This document shows, piece by piece, positions 41,480 through 54,270 of a stretch of DNA of 64,000 bases. Source of the stretch: Eledone cirrhosa (taxonomy: Eukaryota); the NCBI GenBank assembly GCA_964016885.1, contig OZ024743.1:259346001-259410000 (forward strand). Reading direction: 5' to 3'. The first letter of the stretch is position 1; each line of letters opens with the position of its first letter. A model generated the notes under the pieces. That model ran no database searches. It worked only from the letters and a program-made list of their open reading frames with translations, and was not told where the DNA came from. Position numbers and translations under genes: made by a program.

Positions 41480-41845
41480 ATCAGTACAGCATGAAATAGC
41501 TAAATCGAACATCTATGTGGCCATTGCTCTGGGGGTATTGAAAATTACGACATAGTGATGTATCAGTGAGCTGACTTAGACCAATTACATCAATTGTCAA
41601 GTCAAGAGTACTGAAACTATACGGCCATATAAAAAGATCAACTTGAGGTTTGAATAAGTTACGCCTGGAAGGAAGGTTGGCTGGTAAGAGAAGCAGAGGC
41701 CGGCAGCTAAGACGATGGCTTGACAATATGAACTTATGGACTGGACTTGATCTTTGCTCTTTGAACTCTGCTGCTGGTGATCGAACTTTGTGGAAAGAGA
41801 TATCGCATGTTGATGCGCAGTCTGCAACTGGCGGAGTTTAGCGTC
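41480..41845 (+). pseudogene. LINE (RTE-like) 3' coding remnant
   Basis: LKLYGHIKR, LEGRLAGKRSRGRQLRRWLDN, AGDRTLWK. Confidence 0.75.
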
Positions 41846-43356
41846 ACAAAAAGATGTTTTCAAACTGAGATTCTATATTAATCTTGAACCAAAACCATCT
41901 ACCGTCTACTTAACATTCTTCACAAATCCACGGATACATTACCAGTGTTTCAGACATGAGACACTGGGTGTCACTAGTCTTACATCATTCAGCCTCTTCA
42001 AGTAGCCTGATCGAGGTTGTCAAGCCTCAACCTTTGTCCAAGTGGAATGCTATTACTCACAACGATCTCTTCTCTTCAGTCATAGCTACCTAGATGTCCT
42101 CTTTGCTACTTCCAAATTGGTTTTGATGGCTCTCCCCTAGCTCAATAAAGTTAGAAAACAATAAGCTAAATTATGTGAGAAAGTTATGTAAACAAATTTG
42201 TTTTAGAAGAAATGTGGCGAAAATAATTGGAAAGAATTAGAATTTCAGATCTACGTGTTTCATCAGGGAAACTAAATTTGATGGTTCGTTGACATATCAG
42301 TTATGTAAACAAATATATGAATGTTGTTTAGCACTTGTGCTAAGATATCTACAATGAAAGATACACTTTAAGAATCTCGTGTTATCTAAGATATAGAATT
42401 TTTTTAAAATTACAAATCTATTCCTGGATGCAAGAAATAGTATTTCAATGATACTGTAGGTAGCAGAATCTCTACAACGCTTTGGCTTGTGGCCATTTAT
42501 CGATTTCATTGGATTGTTAGTGTAAAATGTTATTGAAGTTTTCAATGTTGTATAGAATGCGATTATTACAACTGAAGATCTGCAAGTTGACAGAAAGGGT
42601 AGATCACTGGATTAAATGCTTAGTTTCCGACCTCTAGGGCGTCTTCATTGTTGTTCAGCATAGAGAAATTGTTAAGCTAATACAAGTAGTATAAATCGAT
42701 TCATTCAATAGAATGTACTACCTACAAACATGGGCCTCTTGTATAGAGAAAATATATAATTATTATAAACTGTCATATCAGCGTACGTTTGTATTTTCTT
42801 TAGTATGCATGACAAGAGATTTCCTGTCTTGTGACAGGACAAATGGTTTCTTATGAAATGACAGACAAGTTACTTTCCATCTTAAGATAAGTTTCCATTT
42901 ATTGAAAATTATTTATCATTTTCCTCGACAGTATTCTCTTTTTTTCTTTAGTTTTATGGTGCATTATTTTCTTCGTCAATTTAATCGAGTACTTCATTCC
43001 CTCATATTGCTTCACTTCCCAGTTATGTTTCTATTCATTTATTATACATATTACAATGGCGTTTGATATAACTAAATATAGAACATTAAACCATCTAGGT
43101 CAGAGTTCTAATTCTACTTGGTTAAGCATTAAATTTCAATCATCGGGCTGAAATACACAGCAGATATATAACCGGCAACATGCAATCTGTTGTACTATAT
43201 CTCAACAAGCACTGCCCTCAGAGAGAGAGAGAGAGAGAGGGGGGAGAGGGAGAACGAGAGAGAGAGAGATTACAAGGTCAACAATCAAAAGCAGTAAAAT
43301 AAGAACAAATTACAATGCACATTATTTGGTTAATATATACGTATATATATATATAT

Positions 43357-43538
43357 CAAAGGAATTGTGGTAAGGAACCAGATGGACCATAACGCACCAG
43401 AGTACTCAATACTTAGGGTAGTAGAGTGGGAAATAGGAAAAAGTATGACCCCGACGGCAGAGCTCAAGCCGTTTCGATGGCTATTTCAGAAATAGCCGTC
43501 GAAACGGCTTGAGCTCTGCCGTCGGGGTCATACTTTTT

Positions 43539-43543
<5 letters not shown>
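43357..43543. mobile_element. 'GGTAAGGAACCAG' family copy 3 with a 111-bp palindrome (43433-43543)
   Basis: Centre at 43488 with one mismatch. It contains GAAA-cggc-ttgagctct-gccg-TC-gggg, the 3' half of a hammerhead. Confidence 0.85.
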
Positions 43544-43580
<37 letters not shown>

Positions 43581-43879
43581 AGTGTGTGTGTGTATTATAT
43601 ATATATATAAAATAGACTTAGGGACTGAAAATAAGGGGCTAGCAGCCACTAAAAAGTATCAAACTCTCCATCTGTCAGCTGTCAGCTTTCATTTGGCGTA
43701 AATGTAACGTACTTCAAGTGATACATAATTTTTTCCGTATATTCAGCTAATCTCTATTTATGGAGTACACATAAAATGCTATTTACATATGCACGAGTGC
43801 CGAAACGCCGATCACTTGTGATTTGCAGCTGTCATGGGGATATATACCTATTGGATACTCATGCACGTTCCTGGGATCA

Positions 43880-44530
43880 TACGGTTTCAATTGGAAGCTC
43901 AGCCTTTGGGTAAGCTTTCGTGGTAGATGAGTTTAATATATTCGTAGTCGATATTCAGGTTGTATCCATATCCCGATTTATCAAAAGGCGTTGTTATTAG
44001 ATTCACTTTATATCGGTTTGTGTAGAGATAACTTGTGGTTAGTATGTTTAGATTCCTTAGGGTTCCTCTTTGTGCTTATATTGTCTCACAGGCTCGCACC
44101 CCATTTAATGAACTAAATGAACCCCCATTTAATGAACTGTCTGTGTTTTATTGTGCTGTCTTCGGTTTTGGTATTTAGGCGTTGAGACTGGGAGATGTTC
44201 GTTTGACTACTATCTAAACGTTTTAGGAAGGTTCTAAGTAGCATATGTGGCATGTACTGAACAGGTCGGCTCTTATGTTAATTACATGTGTCCCACTTCT
44301 AATTATTTCCATAGCTTCCGTTACGCTTAAACTAGAGATATCAGAGCCACCTTTGTTTGGATGTGCAGATCTAACCTTGGACTTCAACAAAGAATATTTT
44401 ATTTTACTTAGTTTAATCTCCATACTAATTCCTACAGTGCTGTATTTTTCTCTAAACCAGACCATTAAAGGTGAGACCGTGGTTAGACCACCCGTCCTTA
44501 AATCTTGTCTAGCACAACAGAGGACCACCG
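43880..44530 (-). pseudogene. Highly degraded Penelope-like thumb/GIY-YIG remnant (tentative)
   Basis: Minus-strand pieces TVGISMEIK, RLNTKTED, CRACETI, NLNIDYEYIKLIYHES appear in PLE order. Confidence 0.4.
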
Positions 44531-45059
44531 AGAGAGAATACCGAGACTAGACAAAGAACACTAGAATAGAGAAATTAAAAAGATCGACTGATAACTAAAT
44601 GAATGAAGATTGATTCCGACTGGGAATCTAGAAGTAAGTTAACATCTGATCGCAACCAGGCACATTCAGCCTGTAATGACTGTCAACAACCCATCAATAA
44701 CATAAGTGTGCCATCAAAATAACTAACACATGCGTGCATGCAGAAATACAAACTTCACCCAATCAACATAGCTAGCACACCCCGCAAGTAGCCATAGCAG
44801 ATTAGATTAACGCAACTATATAATACAGTGGCATACACAACCATGAAGTGTGTTAGTGCCGGGCGATTATCATATATGTATATAGACGTACAGTAGTATG
44901 TATATATATATATACATACATGCACAGATATATATATGTACGTATGGATTCACCGAACATTTATTATAATGTTCGGTGTGTTTGTAAACAAACATCCCGA
45001 ATTAAGCCGTACAGTGTCTAGCAACCATCGTTGCTCATTTGTTCAACACTGACCAAGGA

Positions 45060-45102
45060 ACGCTCTACTAGTTTCAAGCTTATTAGCTATCGTCAGCAAC
45101 GT
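45060..45102 (-). ncRNA. Minimal type I hammerhead (tandem unit 1)
   Basis: Reverse complement reads acgttg-CTGACGA-tagctaataagctt-GAAA-ctag-TA-gagcgt. The first stem I pair is mismatched. Confidence 0.8.
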
Positions 45103-45493
45103 ATACCTTCCTGCCAGATGATTGAACATCTGAAAGTATATACTTTCCTTATGCATATTAACGGCTGAGCAGCCTAATTTGCATATCGAGTGAGTTAATC
45201 GGCCGGGCGCACCGAAAACGATAAACGGAAAAAATGAAACGAAATTTCATTTCTCACTCTTACTACGGCTGTTACTTACATATAAGTATGTACACGTACA
45301 TACATATATGTATATAGACGTACAGTAGTATGTTTATATATATATATATATACATGCACACACATATATATGTACGTATGGATTCACCGAACATTTATTA
45401 TAATGCTCGGTGTGTTTGTAAACAAACAGCCCGAATTAAGCCGGACAGTGTCTAGCAACCATCGTTGTTCATTTGTTCAACACTGACAAAGGA

Positions 45494-45536
45494 ACGCTCT
45501 GCTAGTTTCAATCTTATTAGCTATCGTCAGCAACGT
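45494..45536 (-). ncRNA. Minimal hammerhead, mutated (U16.1C)
   Basis: Reverse complement reads acgttg-CTGACGA-tagctaataagatt-GAAA-ctag-CA-gagcgt. Confidence 0.7.
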
Positions 45537-45771
45537 ATACCTTCCTGCCAGATGATTTTACGTCTGAAAGTATATATTTTCCTTATGCATGTTGAACAAA
45601 TCAGCCGTACTAAAAGTGAGAAATGAAATTTCGTTTCATTTTTTTCCGTTTATCGTTTTCGGTGCGCCCGGCCGATTACCTCACTCAATATGCAAATTAG
45701 GCTGCTCAGCCGTTAATATGCATAAGGTGAGTATATACTTTCAGACGTTCAATCATCTGGCAGGAAGGTAT

Positions 45772-45814
45772 ATGTTGCTGACGATAGCTAATAAGCTTGA
45801 AACTAGTACAGCGT
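45772..45814 (+). ncRNA. Minimal type I hammerhead (inverted unit), intact core
   Basis: atgttg-CTGACGA-t-agct-aata-agct-t-GAAA-ctag-TA-cagcgt. GUA site at 45808. Confidence 0.85.
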
Positions 45815-46135
45815 TCCTTTGTCAGTGTTGAACAAATGAGCAACGATGGTTGCTAGAAACTGTACGGCTTAATTCGGGATGTTTGTTTACAAACACACCG
45901 AACATTATAATAAATGTTCGGTGAATCCATACGTACATATATATATATGTGTGCATGTATGTATATATATACATACTACTGTACGTCTGTACACATATAT
46001 GTATGTACGTGTACATAGTTATATTTAAGTAACAACCGTACTAAGAGTGGGAAATGAAATATCGTTTCATTTTCTCCACAGTTAATTTATTTGGCAATCA
46101 ATGTTTATTGGTGATTGACCAACGGTTAAAAATAC

Positions 46136-46216
<81 letters not shown>

Positions 46217-46236
46217 ATGAAATGAAATATATGAAA

Positions 46237-47680
46237 TATATGAAATATAAGAATCAAAGAACTGTTCAAAACATTATTGTGCTTACAGCTGTTTCCTCCA
46301 AACCGAGGTTTGGATTCTTCGGAGCAATTTATTAATGCATGGACAGTTATATGACCTCCTTTTCAGCCGAGAGACATACCAATACATATTCAAACATTGA
46401 TACATATTCAAACATTGTGGGTCAACATTCATTACAGAATTTAGAGTGGCAGTACACACTTCGAGATTACATTTATATTAATAGGTACAATCAAAAATCA
46501 AAGATATAGGTTAAAGTACAACATGAAGATAAGTGGTTATATAGTGCAAATGTTATATGTGTGGCACGCATGTGCGTCTTGTTTATATAGTGTGGCAGAG
46601 AGATATGTGTGGTAGAGGCACTTAGGTAGGTAAATAAGAGTGTTAGGTTGGTAGATCTGGTGGCAAAGTCTTTATATGATTGATATAGTCTGTGTGTGGA
46701 GAAATATTATAAGCATTAAAGATAGTGCAAGCATTAAAAGTGTTATAAGTATTGGAGATGCACAGCGCAGGGATGTCAAGTAATTCATGTACTTCGGCAT
46801 TTTCATGGTCAAGGGAGTGTATATTTCGATTATATGCCTTTCACATAATCCACGACAATCCAGTTAAAGAACACCAGACTACGATCTCTAACTGGATTGT
46901 CGTGGATTATGTGAAAGGCATATAATCGAAATATACACTCCCTTGACCATGAAAATGCCGAAGTACATGAATTACTTGACATCCCTGCGCTGTGCATCTC
47001 CAATACTTATAACACTTTTAATGCTTGCACTATCTTTAATGCTTATAATATTTCTCCACACACAGACTATATCAATCATATAAAGACTTTGCCACCAGAT
47101 CTACCAACCTAACACTCTTATTTACCTACCTAAGTGCCTCTACCACACATATCTCTCTGCCACACTATATAAACAAGACGCACATGCGTGCCACACATAT
47201 AACATTTGCACTATATAACCACTTATCTTCATGTTGTACTTTAACCTATATCTTTGATTTTTGATTGTACCTATTAATATAAATGTAATCTCGAAGTGTG
47301 TACTGCCACTCTAAATTCTGTAATGAATGTTGACCCACAATGTTTGAATATGTATCAATGTTTGAATATGTATTGGTATGTCTCTCGGCTGAAAAGGAGG
47401 TCATATAACTGTCCATGCATTAATAAATTGCTCCGAAGAATCCAAACCTCGGTTTGGAGGAAACAGCTGTAAGCACAATAATGTTTTGAACAGTTCTTTG
47501 ATTCTTATATTTCATATAACTGCTCTGTAAATCATCTGATGTTTTTGCATTGAGCTACTTAACTTACTGGTAATAAGGTAGTAATACATTACTGCCTACC
47601 ACTGTTTAGGGTGTGTGTAAAATACTTACAACTGCTTAAGGTTTTGTGTTTACATAACCATAAATAGTATAACTAATACT
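46237..47680 (+). mobile_element. Penelope-like 3' end with inverted pLTR: 634-bp arms (46237-46870 / 46885-47518), 14-nt loop and ~160-bp tail
   Basis: The constant coordinate sum 93755 holds at the ends, the centre and the HHRs. The right arm begins with DCRGLCERHIIEIYTP, which resembles a GIY-YIG C-terminus. (TA)n on both sides. Confidence 0.9.
47429..47475 (+). ncRNA. Hammerhead with CCGAAGA (U4C) core (mirror copy on the - strand at 46280-46326)
   Basis: tgct-CCGAAGA-a-tccaaac-ctcg-gtttgga-g-GAAA-c-agct-g-TA-agca. GUA site at 47471. Confidence 0.8.
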
Positions 47681-47700
47681 ATATATATATATATATATAT

Positions 47701-47939
47701 AGTCTATCAAAGTTCTTTATTTGCACATCTGCAACATCATCAGTGGTACTATTATGTTTCCTCCTGTTGTAGTGTACGGTATTTTTATTTTATTTCTTTA
47801 TTTATTTCTTCTTGTCTCCGTCCCTACGAGTGTGTTTGCGTGTGTGTATAATGTTTGGTGTGTGTGTTCGCGATTGAGTGTATGTGCTTTTGTTTTTTAT
47901 TTTATCTTTGTTTACTAGTGTGTGTTTATATGTTTGTTG

Positions 47940-47998
<59 letters not shown>

Positions 47999-48510
47999 CT
48001 ATGTTTCCCTTAAGTCAGTATTGTTTGTTTGAGTGTGGTTGTTAATGTTATTCTATTCATTTTTCTGTTTAACTTTGGTCTTCTTAGTTCTAACTCAGTT
48101 GCTTCTCTGATTTGCTTACCTGTTGAGTAATTTCTATGTTTAGATATTATTTTAATTTCTATGTTATCTATATTACCGTCATGCCTTTGTCTGACGTGTT
48201 CGTATAGTACAGAGCCGTTTTTTTGTGGTTTTAGTTCCACATGGATTTGGTATATTCTTTCTCTTATGCTTCTAGCTGTTTCACCTATGTATGTCGTTGT
48301 CATGTTTCTGTAAGTACCCTCTGTACATCTTATGCTATAGACTACATTTCTAGTATTACAGTTTATCTGGGGGTTCATTTTACAGAGACGGAGACAAGAA
48401 TAAATAAATAAACAAATAAAATAATAAATGGCGTAGACATACAATACAACAGGAGGAAACACAATAGAACCACTGATGAAGTTGGTGATGAGCAACGAAA
48501 GAACTTTGAT

Positions 48511-48515
<5 letters not shown>
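47701..48515 (-). mobile_element. Second copy of the 36-38 kb PLE family: GIY-YIG plus 3' UTR (-) with an inverted 3' end (48380-48515, +)
   Basis: NPQINCNTRNVVYSIRC..YIGETARS..REATELELRRPKLN. Both termini read GAACTTTGATAGACT followed by (AT)n. Confidence 0.92.
48468..48509 (+). ncRNA. Hammerhead-like motif in the inverted PLE end (degenerate sister at 47706-47746, -)
   Basis: acca-CTGATGA-a-gttg...caac-GAAA-gaac-TT-tgat. Confidence 0.6.
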
Positions 48516-48599
<84 letters not shown>

Positions 48600-48603
<4 letters not shown>

Positions 48604-48810
48604 GTATTTTTAACCGTTGGTCAATCAATGGTAAACATTGATTGCCAAATAAATTAACTATGGAGATATAAAAGATACAGAAGCGAAAACCAACCAAACA
48701 GTGAGTGTGTTCTGTTATTATTTCTGGCAATATTATTACAACAATATGACCCTCTCCAAGTATAACAATATTTCTTTCGACACACGATTTCATATCAAAA
48801 ACTTTGCAAA
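48600..48810. repeat. Unclassified dispersed repeat next to PLE/hairpin inserts
   Basis: Homologous to 36162-36330 (reverse complement), 46073-46140 (reverse complement) and 20490-20580. Confidence 0.65.
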
Positions 48811-48851
48811 ACACACACACACACATACACACACACACACACACACACATG

Positions 48852-48883
<32 letters not shown>

Positions 48884-48893
48884 TGTATGTATG

Positions 48894-48942
<49 letters not shown>

Positions 48943-49466
48943 GCATGTGTATATATATATATGTATATATATCTATATACACAATATATTTAGAAACACA
49001 CAGATACATGCGGACACACACATATACATGAATATATCCATGAGTTAATGGTGCCAACCTTAACCGATGTTGCTCTATGAATAACTGGGACAGACCAATC
49101 CGGTTGGATTAGACTGAACCAGTATCAGAGCTAAAAGTACATTATGAAGTGGTATTTTTTTCGGGGTTATAAGAGGCTTAGCTCTGTTTCTTGACCGTTG
49201 TATCACGTGACTATCTCCCCCTCCGCCTTTTGGGATTCTTTCTCACATCATATAGACGCGTTCTTGAAGCTAGTAAAACGAGGTATCCTCTTGATAAGTC
49301 GGCAGACCACGCAAAAGCTCTATATCTTTATGATGTATTGTTTTTGTTTATGCCACGAAACTACGTAGTCGAGGAATCTAGAAGCAGTTTAGGTATGATA
49401 CATCTTATTACTAATTATATCTAAATGTTTCTTCTCTCTTAATAATATATATCTATATATATATAT

Positions 49467-49635
49467 AACGAAGGAAATGTGGTAAGGAACCAGGTGGACC
49501 ATAACGCACCAAACTACTCAATACTTAGGGTAGTAGAGTGGGTAATAGGAACGAGTAGGACCCCCACGGCTGAGCTCAGTCCAGAATTAGCCGTCGAAAC
49601 GGCTTGAGCTCAGCCATCGGGGTACTACTCGTTCC

Positions 49636-49638
<3 letters not shown>
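49467..49638. mobile_element. 'GGTAAGGAACCAG' family copy 4 with a hairpin
   Basis: Arms ~49546-49578 / 49605-49638, inside (TA)n. Confidence 0.8.
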
Positions 49639-49670
<32 letters not shown>

Positions 49671-52600
49671 TATCGAGAATCGGAATCTCGGCCCACGAAA
49701 TAACGAAACACAATCTTCGAAAAGTGTGGCAAAGTGCTCAATAGTTTGGATAAACCAGAGCTATAACTAACGTTTAAATACCAACACACTGAGCTAATGC
49801 TTAAAATCATTCGCACAGCCGAAAAAACGACCAAGAAAATTCGGGTCAGACAAATAATATATATATTATATATTATTATATATATATTATTTATCATGTA
49901 ACATATATATATGGAAATGCCAAACAACGCTGTTTTAATATTCGTTAATATATATATGATTGGATTACTTTACCTTTCAGGCTGTTATATATATATTATA
50001 TTTTTCTGTCGGAATATGCTCCTGTGCACCTATATTTGTTTTCTGTATACATCGATTTTGAAATATATGATTAGTTGTTAATGTTTCTCGGAATTTTATG
50101 TAGATTCATTCTAATATACGACATGTATTTTAAACGGATTCTTTGAATTTCTTAGAGAAAATTAGAACCCAGACCAGCTGTGATTTCCTCACAAAATATA
50201 ATAAATCGAACGTTATTACTCTTTGTATTTGATCAAATCTAATTAAATACATTAACGCTTGTATGATCAGTAATATTATGTTAACGTTACTTCTCTCTTT
50301 GTTTTATGACTTTCTCCAGAAAATCAATAAGAGAAATAGCTATATATCTTTCTTTTGCGTAGTTTCTTCTTTAGCCACACTGCATAGAATGTATCGATAA
50401 TTTTAGTACGTTTTGATGACCAAAGGTTATAGCATGATAAACAATACAAATATTTTATCTAAACAGCTAACAAACATTGATGATGGATTGCTTTGTATAT
50501 AAACTAAATAAAAATAAACGAAGAGAGATGAGATTTTATATTTAAGTCGCAAAACAGAAGATAAATCAATATGCAATGATAGTAAGGTAAATATATGTCG
50601 TAGCCCCCAAGAGATCCATAAAACCAATGTGCGCTCTCAGTTTGATCGTGTTAAGCACATTATAAATATAGCTTCCCCTTCACTAAGTAGATCAGAAGTC
50701 AGTTACTGATAGCATTGCTATACATTCTGACATTTATTACCTACATTTAAGGAGAATTAAAACAGGTATAATTAAATCATCTCCCCATAGACGCAATGAA
50801 ACCTATGCGGCAGCGTATTTGAACTCCTAACCAAATAGTTATTAGCACAATGCATAACACGCATTTGCGCTAACAATCTCTGCATGATTAAAGTCTGTCT
50901 CAAACCCAGAGGCCCATCAGAACGTAGCTTATCCGTGCTTCATTGGTTAAACCCCACCAATACTGATGCAGCTGGTACTCATTTTAAGCTCAGTAGACTG
51001 GAGTGACGGGAAAATGAAGTGTTTCGTTCAAGATTAAATACAACGCCCCACCTGATTCAGAAATCGAACCTATGAGATAAGGATCGTCAGTCCAACACCC
51101 TAACCACTAGGCCTAATATCTATCAGATCCGACTACCCTATAATCATTGGTCTTCATTATGTTCTCCTGGTCAGTGATATTTTCATTTTGTGGACGTTTA
51201 TATATTGCTTGTTTCCGCGACACCCATTCGATTCTTGACAAGGTTAATGCTTGCAACAAGCTACATATACGATGTTATAAATGGTGCAGTAGAATATAGT
51301 TAGTAACTACTACAATGTATCATATTGTCCTCATTACGTTTTTATGTTAGAAATGCATTGGCAGAGTCGTTAGAAGGTCGGATAAATGTTTAGCAATATT
51401 TGTGCTGGATTTGTAGTTCTGGGTTCAAATACATCCGAGGTCAATTTTATCTTTCATCCTCGTGGGGTCGATAAAATAAAGTACCAGTGACATACCGGGT
51501 TGATGTAATCGAATTTCAGATCCTCAAAAATTGTTGGCCTTCTGCCTGAATTAAAAATCATATGTTAGTGTTAGAGCAGTTGATTGGCAGAGTCATCTGA
51601 GTATCTAACAAATGCTTTGCGGAGTCAGTTTTAATTCTTTACGTACTAAGTTCAAATCTCACCGAGGTCAGATTTGCTTTACATCCTCCCGGACTCGATA
51701 AAATAAGTATCTTAAATACTGGGTTATCGACCTTCCCCACATAAAAAAAAAAAATACAACAAAAAAAAATTGCTGGCCTTGCATTTAAATTAGAATCCAT
51801 TATAGATAAATCTTCTCTTGTATATTACATATTTTAATACTTGCAAAATGTTGCTATCTCACACGACCAGATAACTGAAGGCAATATCACGTGTTTGCAT
51901 TGTTCGTTTTAAATGTTTCATTGATGTCTAAATTATCGCTTTTTTATGGTTTAATCAAAGTGAAATAACCGATCAAAATCCATAAAATTACACTACGGTA
52001 AAATCGCTCAGACATATCAATTCAGATAACTTTTAATGTTTACTAACTAAATCGACTTTTAAAATGGTTTGCTTCAATTGCGGCGAAGTGAGCCATAATA
52101 TTGCTTGATGAGATAAATATATACGTAAAAACACACACACACACGCGCGCACACACACAGACGCAGGCACACACAGACACAGACACACACACACGCGAGG
52201 GAGCGCTCGCACGCACACACATACTCACACAAATACACATACACACACTGCATTGTAAACAGGACAATAAATATATTTAGTAAGTCGAAAATATCGATTT
52301 TCTTATTTGTGGATTAGGTTCAATGTCATATTTGAATGAATCTAAACTCCATAATTTTGTTGTTTTTAGTCATCATAAAATATGTTCGCCGTAATATCTG
52401 GTATCTGTTTGTGGTTGCAGCTTAGCAAAGCAGGCCATACCTGGTCGAGCAGATATATAATCAAAGCCCTTAGGATTATGACAATGGCGTCATTATTAAA
52501 TTTTTTTTACATTTAGACACAGTATTTGCAAGAATAGGCGACGATTTGGACAATCATTAGAATGTCTGATAGAATGCTTTGCAATATTCATTCCAACTCT

Positions 52601-53834
52601 GCACTCTGTGTTCAAATTTATCGAGGTAAAAAAGAAAGTACCAGTCCGTATAACCATGCCCATTACGAGCTGAGGATCCGTTAAGGTGAAACAATTGTTC
52701 TCGGTATGGTGAACTAACTGTTGTGTAACCACTTATATATATATATATACTCAAAATGATCAAAAGCCAAGATTAAGAACTTAAGTTTATTCTTTGAATT
52801 CTAAATCCGTTTCAATACGGTTTCAATAGTACATGAATATTAAAACAATCGGAAATAATTAATTACTGATTATTAACACTATACATAATACATATAACTA
52901 CATTTCTGCATGAAATGTGAGAAGGAACATAGTTTACGAAATTAAAAAAAATACTAAGAATAAACCCCATATTAAACTATTAAACACTGGGCATAAAACA
53001 ACTAATTAAATATAAAGACACATTGTACATGGGGTTGTTGCAACGTGCAAAATATATATAAGAAGGATACATAAATGATATTTATATATATATAATAAGT
53101 TGATGGACTCAGCATAGGTATCAATGCAAGGACGCGTTGCATCTCAGCGTACTCAGTAGGCAATGTAAAATACACTCCCAGAGTATACACATAGTTATTC
53201 GCTTGAATACAACACACGTAAACGGGTACCTATAATAGTTCCCGAACTCGAGTTTCTACCACACTTAATGCAGCAGTTCTGCTCCCGTCATAAGCTTTCA
53301 GCCAACGTGTCTCAAACAAAAATTAATAAGTAGTGAAAAATTGGTTATTAGAAAAAGCAGTCTCACATCGCTGTATGATAGAATGGTAGCATTCGGCTCA
53401 AGTCCCATGGCGAGAAAATCGCGATAGTAACAATGGTAGTGCCTACAACCTTTCTGGACATTAAATGCCAACACAGCGATATAGTTAGCACGCTGGTTAG
53501 CGACCAGCGAGGTGCGTAAAGCAGTCTATTTCACAACCTATACGATTCAATATGTGAGTGAGAGAGAAAATGTATAGCAGGAATTAGAGCGCATATCAAA
53601 ACAGTACACAATAAAAATGTGAAAAATTGTTTAACTTACTCTCATTAATCTGACACAACATTTGTGTTTGTGTATATATTTAAAGTCACACCAAATTACA
53701 AAGCAAAAACAAAAACAAAAAAACCAACAAAGTTTCACATCAAGAATCTGATCTTTGCCATGCCATGTATCAAGGATTTTTAACACATAGTAATGTGATC
53801 GTGGTACCGTAGTGATATTCATCACGAGCAGAAC

Positions 53835-53904
<70 letters not shown>

Positions 53905-53907
<3 letters not shown>

Positions 53908-54184
53908 TAATAATAATAAACGTAAAGACAAAAATCCGAAGAGGGCTCGATAAGGATAATATATATATCAAATATTTAAAAACCATAGAGCAAATAATTA
54001 TTAAAATAACAGATTAGAGTTTAAGCAAATAATTGCTGCTTTCACCCTTAACGGGATCTTCTGAAACTAAAAAAAAATTCAATCTGTGGACGTAGAAGTA
54101 AATATTTCGAAAATCGGTTACAACGTTTTTTCGAAATATTTACTTCTGCGCCGACAGATGGATTTCTTTTTAGTTTCAGAAGAT
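53905..54184. mobile_element. Second copy of the 39-kb family with a hairpin at 54056-54184
   Basis: Matches 38960-39119 and has an imperfect palindrome centred near 54120. Confidence 0.8.
54018..54068 (-). ncRNA. Variant hammerhead (CAGAAGA core)
   Basis: Reverse complement reads agttt-CAGAAGA-t-ccc-gttaa-ggg-t-GAAA-gca-gcaattatt-tgc-TT-aaact. Confidence 0.7.
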
Positions 54185-54199
54185 ATATACCCCCCCCCC

Positions 54200-54270
<71 letters not shown>

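Larger units (their letters stand above)
44872..46077. mobile_element. Retrozyme-like locus: ~1.65 tandem copies of a ~434-bp HHR unit (-) fused to one inverted unit (+)
   Basis: The period is 434 (GGAACGCTCT at 45057 and 45491) and the strand switch is at ~45590-45603. The + unit has ~40-bp terminal direct repeats (45605 and 46036). There is no ORF. Confidence 0.9.

Noticed and set aside
42249-42266. CTGATGAAACACGTAG on the minus strand
   Set aside because: The core boxes overlap with no stem II and no convincing stem I.
42568-42610. CTGAAGA...GAAA motif
   Set aside because: There is no stem I or stem III pairing, so it is likely chance.
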